Assembly (NCBI GenBank): GCA_040437565.1
Contig: JBDOQK010000068.1
Span: 1 to 64,000, forward strand
Length of the DNA: 64,000 nt
Direction: 5' to 3'
Source: Albugo candida
Taxonomy: Eukaryota
Position numbers and translations under genes: made by a program. The notes beneath the pieces were generated by a model. It worked only from the letters and a program-made list of their open reading frames with translations. It did no database searches and was not told the origin of the DNA. Shown in pieces: positions 11,741-24,022 of this stretch; position 1 is the first letter of the stretch, and each line of letters opens with the position of its first letter.

Positions 11741-12743
11741 AGAAATTTGACCTATTAGTAAGGCTTCCGTTACTAAGGGATTCGGTGCAGCCACACACCC
11801 CTTTTGGTATAGCCACACACCGTAACTTTAATTAAAACACCGGTATCACCACACAGCCTCAATATCCTTTCGCCACACTCACTAAATTAAAACGAATTGA
11901 ATTAGGGCACACTCGCTAATTAAAATAATTGAATTAGGGAACCGGTATCGCTACACCCCCTAAATGGCTTAAATTGNNNNNNNNNNNNNNNNNNNNNNNN
12001 NNNNNNNNNNNNNNNNNNNNNNNNNNNNNNNNNNNNNNNNNNNNNNNNNNNNNNNNNNNNNNNNNNNNNNNNNNNNCCCCTAAATGGCTTAAATTGAATG
12101 GGAACCGTTATCACCACACCCACTGAAATAGGCCACAACGGTGTAGTTGAAAAACTCATTTAGCCCTCTTAGAGCACATACTGGAGTGCACTCTTGACCG
12201 TAAGTCAGAAGTACCTTGGTACACAAAAAGTTGGCAGCTTAAGGTAACAGATTACATGAGAAGTTTGATTGTGCAGTCAATGTAGTATCGTGATTAGGGT
12301 ATTTGAAAGGCAACTACAACTACATAGTACGTTCCTAGCCTAGGCTGAAAGTGACGTATTCTACTTTCGTTGACGAAAGAGTTGTTTGTGGCTAAATTCT
12401 ATAGCTTGAATTCCCAGGTCCAACAAATATTGCAATAAAGAAAAAAACCGGGGCTTTACCATCTTCAGATTAAAACGTGACGCCTTCCACCATCTCAATC
12501 GTAGACATTCGCTTCAAGCGGTGTATAGGCTCTCCATACGTTCAATCTAATTGCCGATGCTAGGCACGTGACATGCTAAAAATAAGAAGAAATAAATTTT
12601 TATAGCAAAAATGCTCAGGTTTCCTATCATTTAGGGGGGTTGGGCGAGACCAGTTCCCATTTATTTAGGATATTGGAGGGGGTGGCGATACCGGCTTCCA
12701 TTATTACTTATACTTATTATATACGGGTTGTAAGTCAAAAATC
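11741..12743. repeat. Region of short degenerate subterminal repeats in inverted arrangement (possible non-autonomous DNA transposon)
   Basis: GGTAT(C/A)(A/G)CCACAC-like motif on + at ~11784, 11806, 11842, 11944 and 12107, with reverse-orientation copies at ~12634-12700 (ggggtggcgataccgg). Contains a 100-N gap. Confidence 0.4.
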
Positions 12744-14249
12744 TGGCTTCGTTACTGATAGATCGTGTATCGAAAGAAGAATGGATAGATGAGGTATTGA
12801 CGGTAAGGTGCTTAGTTCACTATTAGCTAATCTAAGTCTTATTCCAACTATTATGAAAGTAATGATACCAGCATTACTTTCATTTGTGACATGACTCGCT
12901 TTTGTAGTCTTTGCAAGTTATCAACCCGTACTGTTTTGCACAACATTTACCATTCACTTTTCGATTCTCTACCAAGCACCAACACACATGGTCTCTATTA
13001 CAAATATGATTGCCGAGATATTAGCACTGATTGCTTTTGGTTATGAATCGAAGGCATCCAATAACGCGATCTCAGGCTTCAGAAGCGAACGGAATCTCAA
13101 TCATGATCACATATCGTTCCTGCAATCAAAGGCTTGCCCTATAAAGCTAAAAGGGAATCCCCACAATGACTTCAACGATGTATGCGTGTACCACGTCGCG
13201 AAGCCGGCTCCTGGTCATATAACCACTCTCTCACCAGCGTGTGCGAAGCAATTTAAGGATACTGCACCGATATGAAGAACGTCGTTTCACCACATGGTGT
13301 CATGTTTGTTTTAAATTCCCCACTCAGGAAGATCCTTCAACCTGATAATAAAGATATGGATCATTTGATATATCAGGGACATGTCTGCGAACACATAAAG
13401 AACACCTATTCTATCCTTCGAATATTCGACTTTAAACCTCACGAACTCGTATACATGTTCTTTGTTTTGTCGTATGATCGAAGTACTTGTTAGTAGGAAT
13501 GAACCTGGTAATTGCTAATACATTTCACGTTCGTCTTCCCGGTCCACTTGTTTTGACCTAGCTTCAATGCAAATGATCCAGCTTGTGAAGTTTTAGCGTC
13601 TATAAGGAATTTCCTGAAGATTTAAACTCAGGATGGTATGATTTCATCAACTAGGTTACCCTTGAAGAGAATCATGGCGTGTTTTGCTATGCCGTCAGAC
13701 AGTGCTAGCAAGGATACGTAGCTCCGAGAGCATACAGCGTAGACTTTTGCATAGAGCAGGGACATCTTCCAGGGCCATATCGTTTTGATACGAAAGAAGT
13801 GACATTGTAGCAAGCGTATCTTTCCCCATTCGAGTCTTGCAGAGTAGCGGCAAGTAGATGAAGCAATGAACATGCGATGGGTAGTCAGATAGTACAGAAA
13901 CATTTGAGACGCATACTGCACAACGTGAGTTCGACAGCGAAGATGTCCGACGTCCAAAAGCACTTTGGTTTTTTTTACAAATTGTTTGGACCTGGCTCGT
14001 GGACCTAAATATCCCAGGGCATGATGATATGATCCAGGCTATCGCTTCTGGCCACAGACTTTGGAATAGGTATCAGAGAAAGATGAAGAAATGGAACGTG
14101 TGGGGTGATTGCTTGGAAAGCGTACATGCGGTTAAGATCTCGGTAAATCAAGTCACACGAAAGCGTATCTGATGATATCGCGATATATCTCAAAATCATG
14201 CGAGCTCTAAATTTGGAAGAAGCTGCGGCATCCCAATTAAAGAAACGTA

Positions 14250-14336
14250 TCAAAGTACAAAAGTACAAAACCAAAAGTACAAAAGTACAGGGGATCAAAA
14301 GTACAAAAGTACAAAATCAAAAGTACAAAAGTACAA
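14250..14336. repeat. Short tandem repeat of CAAAAGTA units, organised as two ~40-bp blocks
   Basis: caaagtacaaaagtacaaaaccaaaagtacaaaagtaca-ggggat-caaaagtacaaaagtacaaaatcaaaagtacaaaagtaca. Confidence 0.9.
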
Positions 14337-15085
14337 TTTGCTGAACTCATGTTCGGTCCCGAGCCTGTGAGTGCTCTTAGTGCGTCACTTTGGTTCGAAT
14401 CAGCACAGCCGTACGCAACGGCTATATCAATCCCACCTGTGCGTTACCGGTACATGAAATCATTGTCTATTGTCGAGTTAGGCTCAATCCATCTCGCAGA
14501 TAACTTCTTCATACAACCAATGCCATACGCGCTCAAATTTTGCTCACCCTCGACATTTGCTGCTTCGCGTCAAATTATAGAGTAAAGCTCGTGTAAATCA
14601 GCCATAGCCAACAGAAGACAGCTGCATGTATCAGCGCATTCACTTTTCCGTGCACATAACCTTCCACTTTTACTGTTCAAATGTTAAACTATCGACGTTC
14701 ACGACGGCATTCAAATTGACAGAGTCTGAATTTATTGACTTTAGCAGCAGAAATTTGCCAATGCTCCAGAGGTTGACTGTGATCATCGTTACCCTCGAAA
14801 CGATAAGAATATACACATTTGATGAAGAGGGTTCACGTCTTCGAAATGCAATCGCTCTGACTATCTTTCGAGCACTCTTTTAAAGACTGATATAACTCGA
14901 TCACAGTTCACTGCCCACTTGAACGAGAATGATTGCTTCGGGATGTTGATGGAGTCTCCTGTTAACCAATTGCTGATAATACACGACAATAACACTGAAT
15001 CTTCCGTTCTAGTCGGTGTACTGCTTTGAAAATACAAATATACGTCGTTGTCGAAAGATCACTACACGACCCAAATCGTCGGTTC

Positions 15086-18000
15086 TAAGGTTATACAAAC
15101 GTGTTAGGCGTCACGCAAAATAAGAAACACTCTCACTGCAGGTTGCATTCATTTGCGCTTAATTCACTGAGACGTCTGTCGCCTAAGGATGCGTGTCGAG
15201 AATGAGAATGAAGCTCTAAATAATGAGATTTCATACTCAATCACTTGTGTGCTGTTGCAATTTCATTGCAATTTGAAGATATTCATAGACGTACTAAATG
15301 ATGCACATGGCGCTTGTAACTTCAATTTGTAAAGCGCGTGTGCTTGTTCGTCGACAAGTGGTCAAGTGAGCTCAATGCCTTCAGTTGACACAGTTGGAAG
15401 CAAAAGATTGGCCACAAGCTTAAAATCTCTCGCCGGTTGTGCTCAGTGTCGATAATAACGCATCGTCCAGAAGCTTCTCTCAGATTTTTTGGAAATGTTA
15501 CTACTGTTCCTCGAATTAAATGACGAGGTTTCGGAATGTTGACGACTTTAAGAATGCTCGATCCACACAGGAATTCTCGCAAATGAATCAAAATATAAGT
15601 AATGCGTTGTATGAAAGAAGTGGATCACTTGATGCTCGAACACCATTTGACCCAAAAAACAATTCCACTCCAACTCTGACGATTTCNNNNNNNNNNNNNN
15701 NNNNNNNNNNNNNNNNNNNNNNNNNNNNNNNNNNNNNNNNNNNNNNNNNNNNNNNNNNNNNNNNNNNNNNNNNNNNNNNNNNNNNNTAAGGTTATACAAA
15801 CGTGTTAGGCGTCACGCAAAATAAGAAACACTCTCACTGCAGGTTGCGTTCATTTGCGCTTAATTCACTGAGACGTCTGTCGCCTAAGGATGCGTGTCGA
15901 GAATGAGAATGAAGCTCTACATAATGAGATCTCATACTCAGTCACTTGTGTGCTGTTTGAATTCATTGCAATTTGAAGATATTCATACACGTACACAATG
16001 ATGCACATGGCGCGTGTACCTGCAATTTGTAAAGGGAGTGTGCTTGTTCGTCGACAAGTGGTCAAGTGAGCTCAATGCCTTCAGTTGACACAGCTGGAAG
16101 CAAAAGATTGGCCACGAGCTTACAATCTCTCGCCGGTTGCGCTCAGTGTCGATAATAACGCATCGTCCAGAAGCTTCTCACAGCTTTTTTTGAAATGTTA
16201 CTACTGCCCCTCCGATGAAATAACGAATTAAATGACGAGGTTTCGGAATGTAGACGACTTTATGAATGCTCGATCCACACAGGAATTCTTGCAAATGAAC
16301 CAAAATATAAGTAACGCGTTGTAGGAAAGAAGCGGACCACTTGATGCTCAAACACCATTTGACCCTACATACAATTTTCCACTCCAAGTCTGACGATTTC
16401 CTTCATAGGCCAATCTCCATATTGGAAGTGCAAAACAAAGTAAAACAGGGGTTGCTGCACTGTATTGGTGAATGGTGTGGGAGACAGACCTGGACCGAGT
16501 CAGGACGATGAGTTGTAATATTTGGAAATAGCTCCAGAACCATATCGCACGTACAGTCAATTCATAACCGGTGATACGATTTGGAAAGGAAAATGTACAC
16601 GTAAAAGTAGCACGCCACATGATCAGCGGCCGCTAGTCGATACATTGGAAAAGCTGATCCAGAAGGAACCTTACCAACGCTGTTCTAAGTCGGTGCAATT
16701 GCAGGAGGTACCTACACCACAGCTTATGTATCGTACCCTTCTCTTCACCTCTTCAAAATTTTGATCCATGTGCATCGATTCGATTAGATCGTCCCAATGT
16801 GCACCACTGGTTTCTATGGTACTCGTGGACGAGTACGTTACCACTCAATCTCCTCGTCATTATCTCGTTACCAGCTTAGTATCCACTCCCTTCATCCGTT
16901 CTCATGACCACGAGCAAGGCGCGAGCCACCGGCGTACAACTTTCATTGTGGCGTCTCTCCGTCCGGCACTCTGTACATTTGCGGCAGCTCACGTTGCAAA
17001 AGCCGGTTCTTTCCTTATGAGTTCAGGTACCCTTATTCCTCATAACAGTAAAAACGCTGACTTCATACCGATAGGCAATCGCTGCGAAGGCATACGGAGT
17101 CTGTGTTCCCACCTGTGATACAATAGTCGGTCCAGGAAAAAAGTGTTGGCACAAGTAGAGCACGATACATTTCAATTCTGGTGACTAAAAGTCAATANNN
17201 NNNNNNNNNNNNNNNNNNNNNNNNNNNNNNNNNNNNNNNNNNNNNNNNNNNNNNNNNNNNNNNNNNNNNNNNNNNNNNNNNNNNNNNNNNNNNNNNNCTC
17301 TCAGATTTTTTTGGAAATGTTACTACTGTTCCTCCAATGAATTAACGAATTAAATGACGAGGTTTCGGAATGTTGACGACTTTAAGAATGCTCGATCCAC
17401 ACAGGAATTCTCGCAAATGAACCAAAATATAAGTAATGCGTTGTATGAAAGAACTGGATCACTTGATGCTCGAACACCATTTGACCCAAAAAACAATTCC
17501 ACTCCAACTCTGACGATTTCCTTCATAGGCCAATCTCCATATTGGAAGTGCAAAACAAAGTAAAACAGGGGCTTGCTGCCCTGTATTGGTGAATGGTCTG
17601 GGAGACAGACCTGGACCGAGTCAGGACGGTGAGTTGTAATATTTGGAAATAGCTCCAGAACCATATCGTACGGACAGTCAATTCATAGCCAGTAAAACGA
17701 TGTGGAAAGGAAAATGTACACGTAAAAGTAGCACGCCACATGATCAGCCGCCGCTAGTCGATACATTGGAAAAGCTGAGCCAGAAGGAACCTTACTAACG
17801 CTGTTCTAAGGCGGTGTAATTACAAGAGGTACCTACACCACAGCATATGTATCGTACCCTCCTCTTCATCTCTTCAAAATTTTGATCCATGTGCATCGAT
17901 TCGATTAGATCGTCCCAATGTGCACCGCTGCTTTCTATGGTACTGGTGGACGAGTACGTTACCACTCAATCTCCTCGTCATTATCTCGTTATCAGCTTAG

Positions 18001-18316
18001 TATCCACTCCCTTCATCCGTTCTCATGACCACCAACAAGGCGCGAGCCACCGGCGTACAACTTACATTGTGGCGTTTCCCCGTCCGGCACTCTGTACATT
18101 TGCGGCAGCTCAGTTGCAAAAGCCGGCTCTTTCCTTATGAGTTCAGGTAACCTTATTCCTTATAGCAGTAAAAACAGTGACTTCATACCGATAGGCAATC
18201 GCTGCGAAGGCATACGGAGTCCGTGTTCCCACCTGTGATACAATAGTCGGTCCAGGAAAAAAGTGTTGGCACAAGTAGAGCACGATACATTTCAATTCTG
18301 GTGACTAAAAGTCAAT
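15086..18316 (+). repeat. Three non-identical partial copies of a ~1.4-kb unit separated by N gaps (15086-15686, 15787-17197, 17298-18316)
   Basis: Shared starts taaggttatacaaacgtgttaggc (15086/15787). Shared ORFs MTRFRNVDDF (15520/17354) and MCIDSIRSSQ (16768/17889), with SNPs and indels between copies. Confidence 0.85.
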
Positions 18317-19056
18317 ATCTAATTGATGAAGTGAATTGTGCGCTTGTTATCTAATTGAGAACGTTGTCAACACGAATTACAACTACTGAGAGCATCTGAT
18401 CTGGATTTGCAGGAATTGAAGAGCGTCGCTCCTCACTCAGGAGGTGAGAAATCCAGATCAAGCTCGCAGCAGTACAAAATGCATGCGATCATCCAAGTTG
18501 GAAACTCTCAGGAGCAATTTTGCTTTTCACAGGCCGCAGAAATATCATAATTCGTCATTTGATAATCTTAAACCTAAATTTCATTGATCCGAATCAAATA
18601 TTGCTTATCGGTCTACTGGTGTGTTCTTACAATATACAAGACATGGTCTTGATTGTGATTGCGTCAAAAGCCTTCATGTGAGGGGATGCATGCTGGAAGA
18701 GATATAAAAGCCTTCAAGCTATCAAAAAGTTTGAGAATGCCTATAGCTAGCTGGCTGCAATTACGTACATAACCGAGTGCAGCTAGATAAATTGATAATA
18801 TGCTGTCACACATTCATGGATACCCATGAGCTGCATTTCAAAAGCAAGGACTGCATGTGAATTTTATATACGAAAGCACAGCTATACTTTAGGCAGCAAG
18901 TTCATGTCTAATAATGATGCTCCGATACCGACCATGAATAGTCGTGCTGAATACAAAAAATAGCGAAAGACTGAAAGCAAGCCGAAGCTTAGCGCAGAAA
19001 GTGAATCTTATCTTGCAGGGTATAAGGTCTGCCTGAATCCATCTAGTGTATGCTTT

Positions 19057-19932
19057 CTAGTCTTCTTTCAAACGACCAGTGGAGCGTGCACGTCCTGCTC
19101 TTGCACGTCCTTCTCTTGCACGTCCTGCTCTTGCACGTCCTGCTCTTGGGATTTCATTAGCGCCCGCCCAAGTGCTTATGACTGACCTTAGACCTTTGGT
19201 ACCGATATTTATAACTAGGGCCCCTGTATATCCCTCCAGGACAAATTTGACGCTGTCTGAGATGAATTTGCTGGTTGAAAACTCGCTTTCCGGATAGGGC
19301 TCACAAAACCACCATTCATACATAAAGCTTACGAGTTCGACAGCCATAACAGCACTTGGCGATGGCCAAATCGCATGCATAGTGGACAAACTCGGTAGTA
19401 GATTCTGAATATCATACAGAGCGGTATAAACAGCTTCACCAACTTTTGAACAGAAATCCTTCTTCGGCGACTCGGGATCAGATTTCTGAGCGCACGCATG
19501 CATTTGCAGTTCTAGTACCTTCTTTTCGAAGACAGCATCGTCTAGTGGGCCGCTTTTATAAAGCCCAAGTTTAGGATCATATTCGACAGATTTAAGCATG
19601 ATCTTAATTGCTTCTATTTCCAATTTCTCCGGTGGAAGGCTTTGTGGCATAGGTTGACGGTTTGGTATGAGATATGTAAGCAGATTTGCAAGTTGTTGGC
19701 CCAGATTTACGAATATGCGTTTTATCGCCGCGCATATATCATCAGCTATGACCAAACAATGTTGTGCACTATATTCCAATACTTCGATGAAAACCTCTTT
19801 TGCCCGCTTGCCAAAGTGAGGCTCAGCTTCCTCCATGGCATTTGATTCCTCCAAGGTATTTGAGAAAGCCTTGTGGTGAGTTTGCGCGTGTAAGCAAACA
19901 AGGCTGAGTAGTATGGCTAGTGTTCGTAGCAT
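19057..19932 (-). CDS. Secreted protein, candidate effector (291 aa) with Arg-rich repeat tail
   Basis: Intact ORF. The Met at 19932 begins a hydrophobic signal peptide MLRTLAILLSLVCLHAQ that is conserved in the pseudogene paralog. An Inr-like TCATTCGCGTATTCAC lies just upstream. No recognisable domain. Confidence 0.75.
   Translation of the reverse strand: MLRTLAILLSLVCLHAQTHHKAFSNTLEESNAMEEAEPHFGKRAKEVFIEVLEYSAQHCLVIADDICAAIKRIFVNLGQQLANLLTYLIPNRQPMPQSLPPEKLEIEAIKIMLKSVEYDPKLGLYKSGPLDDAVFEKKVLELQMHACAQKSDPESPKKDFCSKVGEAVYTALYDIQNLLPSLSTMHAIWPSPSAVMAVELVSFMYEWWFCEPYPESEFSTSKFISDSVKFVLEGYTGALVINIGTKGLRSVISTWAGANEIPRAGRARAGRAREGRARAGRARSTGRLKED
19087..19146. repeat. 4 x 15-bp in-frame tandem repeat (encodes RAGRA/REGRA)
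   Basis: tgcacgtcctgctct x4, one unit with a single variant; only one unit in the paralog at ~4852. Confidence 0.95.
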
Positions 19933-20399
19933 CTGGGCACTAAATAGTGAATACGCGAATGATGAGTGAGTAGTGTTTGTGAGAAAAAGACAAAGGTGGA
20001 CACATCCAACGTTTGACATTCCATATCGAATGTTCCACTATTTTAAACATGTTGATTGAGACTAGTGCATGGTAAAATACATTTTCGCATGCGTTCGGTC
20101 GATCCCAACTAGTTCATTGAAATGATTTTTCAGTCACCAAGTTTTCATGATTTAGAGTTGTGCATCAGAAATATCGTGAGAGTCTGAGCCATTCCGGCGA
20201 ATACGCGCACGAGACGCCATGGCAGGTGTTTGATCACGATGCAACCCTGCCATTGGGCAAATATCCAATATTGATGCTTTGTATTGTCAAAGAGACTATG
20301 GAATGTGGGTATTCCTTGCAATTTTTTCGTTGTGTAACCCTTCGTAGAATTGGGCTTACCTACACCAAACCACTACTACATTGTGCTTTCTAATAAAGA

Positions 20400-21783
20400 T
20401 TTCGCTCTGCTTGTAGTCAAAACTTTCAGCCTGTCACGTCTGCGCTTCCAATACTACTGGATACTTATGTGAATCCTTGCGTGCTCACCCTCAAGCGTTG
20501 GTTGCTAGAAATTGAGATTGTGCTTACCTCGTAACCCGTACGTACAGCTTTGTACCGCTTCATGCGTTCCTTTGTGCAGTAACCAGAAAAAGTTTCGATT
20601 AAAATAGATATCCTTAGCAAACAAAATGCCCCAGATTTGTTTCGACTTTCTTCAAAGGCATCCTCCGCGCATTCTTTCATCGCACACCTTCAAATATCGT
20701 CCCTGTCAGAATCTTATACCAGCTATTGGAATTCCGCAGAAATGTAGTGCGGATGGTGCCTATTGGTTGCTGCCGTCTTATCTAGTTGGTGATCTTTTGG
20801 CGCGCCGCATTGGGGATCATACATGCCCACGATGTGGAAAGTTGCGATTCCGTCTACCATAAAATAAGGCGACGATACAGGCAACAGTGCTGTGACATTC
20901 CATGCAAAGAATGATGTAATTCGATAGCATGACTATAAGACGGAGCGTACATTAGGCTCTTGCAAGATGGGTCAGCATCGGATGCATTTTGCCAGCCTTG
21001 TGGACTGTTCCAGAATTAACGCTCCATAGTTGTTCTTCTAACTTTCTGCGGAGAAAGTTGAAGATTAATCTCCGGATGATTCCGTACTAGAGAAGCAACT
21101 TATTCTACATTTACCGCTGCAACATAAAGCGACTGCAAATTATATCATAATGTGACACCTTATATGCCGCACTTTCAACGTCAACACGATGCCTCCTCCT
21201 ATCCTTCCGATCGCCACATCCTTTCAGCTTGTGGCGCCATATTTTTTTGTCTTGCGCAATTGGTCGGCTTGTCGATTCGACAATCGACCGAAAAATAAGA
21301 TTGGACGGCAACAAAGAACCGATAAAAGCTGCCACAAACTTTGTGTACATAGACCCCTGGCAATACTCTATGCGTGATCATGTCGAATCTTTCGTTGACG
21401 TGAAAGACGAAACTGTCTTCGCGAGCAAGAAGAGTTCAGTCACAGGCACACTCGAAACTTTTGTCGCAGATACCGTAGCATAAATCTTGATATTCTAGAG
21501 AATACGAGAAGCGTTACAAGCTGAAATGTACATGTCGATCCGGATTGAGAATCATCAATGTCGTCTTAATAAATTCGCAACTTGGAGTAAAACATCGATG
21601 CAAACACAAAACATGTCGCATAAGATATAACCGAAACAATGCGGAGAATTTTCTTTTGCTGGAGAAATCTTCACAAAGCTGGAGCAGTGATCACATGCTG
21701 GTTTCATGTTAATGCTGATGGCATTCATCGATGATACCAATGGAAAATGAATATGGAGTGGGAAAAGTCTCGTGGAGTTACAT
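20400..21783 (-). pseudogene. Heavily decayed Cys-rich (CxxC-repeat) secreted-protein-like relic, copy 2
   Basis: Minus-strand fragments: STRLFPLHIHFPLVSSMNAISINMKPACDHCSSF..., KCIRC*PILQEPNVRSVL, RGGCL*RKSKQIWGILFAKDIYFNRNFFWLLHKGTHEAVQSC. Start codon context ATG TAA. Confidence 0.35.
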
Positions 21784-24022
21784 TTCTCTAAACAATGGGA
21801 ATAATAGCATTCTCATGTTGTCCAAAGGTAGCAAAAGCAGTTGAAATACTTTACGCACAAACAAACACGAAAAAAAGAAAGATTTTTCATTCTGTTGAGG
21901 CGAAGTGAAGGGAGATGATTGAAATGTGAAACAGAACATTTCCATTCGCAATTTTGATTCGGGTACCTCGTGAACAGACGGTGTAGTTTGGACTTGNNNN
22001 NNNNNNNNNNNNNNNNNNNNNNNNNNNNNNNNNNNNNNNNNNNNNNNNNNNNNNNNNNNNNNNNNNNNNNNNNNNNNNNNNNNNNNNNNNNNNNNNTAAA
22101 CAATGGGAATAATAGCATTCTCATGTTGTCCAAAGGTAGCAAAAGCAGTTGAAATACTTTACGCACAAACAAACACGAAAAAAAGAAAGATTTTTCATTC
22201 TGTTGAGGCGAAGTGAAGGGAGATGATTGAAATGTGAAACAGAACATTTCCATTCGCAATTTTGATTCGGGTACCTCGTGAACAGACGGTGTAGTTTGGA
22301 CTTGATGTGATGGTCCGCTACTTGATTTCGATGTGTTTCAACGAAAACAAGCAGCAACTGGGATCCAAGAAAAGTGCATGGTACCAAATAAACCTCTCAG
22401 CAGTGAAGAGAAGACAGAGTTTGGATCGAAGAATTCGATAATATAAAGTTTACGACAGCCCACAACTGTGATCAAGATGCTGACTTCTACAGACGATGAA
22501 ATTGTCTACTCAAAAGTGTCGATTGAAACTCATTCGTGCTACGTACAGGAGGATATATAGGAACTTGCTGACCTGCTTGGACTATTTCCACTCAGAGTAC
22601 GTCAATGCTGAGCGCAGACTTACAGGAATCTGTGCACAAACATCGGGAAGTAGGCAACTGTATATTCAGGTATTGGAGATATATCTTGTGCTACAAAGAA
22701 GAATGGTGGGCTGAGATTGGTAAACTGAAAATATAAGCACAGCGCGTCGAAGTAGTTTCGATAGCAATGTGTCACGACTAGTTGGTTTTCAAAGGTCAAT
22801 GCAATCCAAATTACGGCAAGCAGACATGAGGCATCAAGAACGGATTCAGGCACCCTCTATTCTGGGAGCAACTACGTATCTGTTCATATTGCTTTGATGA
22901 GGGAAAAAATCCTAGATGCATGGAAATTCTCGATGACGAGTCTACATCATGGTCGATTGAAGATACCAACATGCATAAATTCCCTGCCGATTAGTACAGC
23001 GCTCCCTTTCAACTGACTCACCTATGACTACCAGCGCCAGTCCCGCTTTAGCAATTTTTTTAGTATCCTGCAAAAAATTGAAGTCCCGCTTCAGCTCGTG
23101 TCAAATCTCTGTCGCGTGGTATACACAGTATGCCAAGTACCAATGATCAATGTGTACTTGTTTACGGCTCTGTCGTGTCGCTTCTTTACAGAATTGGCGC
23201 GTTGTGACTCATCATGGCAAGACACCGCTACATTTGTGCATGGCAAGAAAGGTCATAGGTTTATTATACGTCCGTGGTAATGAGAATCTGGCAGTCCTTC
23301 CACTTCACTGCAATGGAATACATCGCTTCGGATGGAAACAGCTGCATCCTAACAGTATCATTGTGATCAAGCTCACGCTCTCACTTTCAAAAAGGACATG
23401 CAAGCGCACATCATAGGATATCAAAACGAACAGAGGCTCTACAAATGAAAGCGCAACACGATTCAACGCAGCGTTATCAGATTCGTCTCCTTTACAAGTA
23501 GATCTCCAAGAGTCTCGTGCTAGATACGCCCCATCATCTCATCATCCAACATTATAAAATCCCTTTCACACTATACATTCATTCTGCCTCATCAGCTCGA
23601 TGGTTCACTATTAAAGACCCTTTTACCAAATCAATTGCTTGCACCTGAAACTCCTCCAATCAAACACTTTTCTCAAACATTCATTCTACGACTTTTATAT
23701 TATTACGATCACCGACGTCTTAGCGTCAACACTGCAAATGTGACTATGCTCACTACAGCTGCACCTCCCGCCATCCAATTTTGATACGTCCTCTGAGACT
23801 TTCGTTGTTTTTGCTCCATTTCCCCCTTTTTCATTTCCACCAAAACATTATTTCCACTCGCAACACTGTCGTCTTTTGTGCGTACCNNNNNNNNNNNNNN
23901 NNNNNNNNNNNNNNNNNNNNNNNNNNNNNNNNNNNNNNNNNNNNNNNNNNNNNNNNNNNNNNNNNNNNNNNNNNNNNNNNNNNNNNTCAAACATTCATTC
24001 TACGACTTTTATATTATTACGA

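Noticed and set aside
11780-12130. CRISPR-like repeat/spacer array
   Set aside because: Eukaryotic context; repeats are short, degenerate and irregularly spaced, with no cas genes.
12900-15050. Short ORFs that might be further effector or TE relics
   Set aside because: Too degraded, with no paralog in the window to corroborate a reading frame.
21789-22304. Direct repeat 21789-21996 / 22097-22304
   Set aside because: Gap-flanking overlap artefact.
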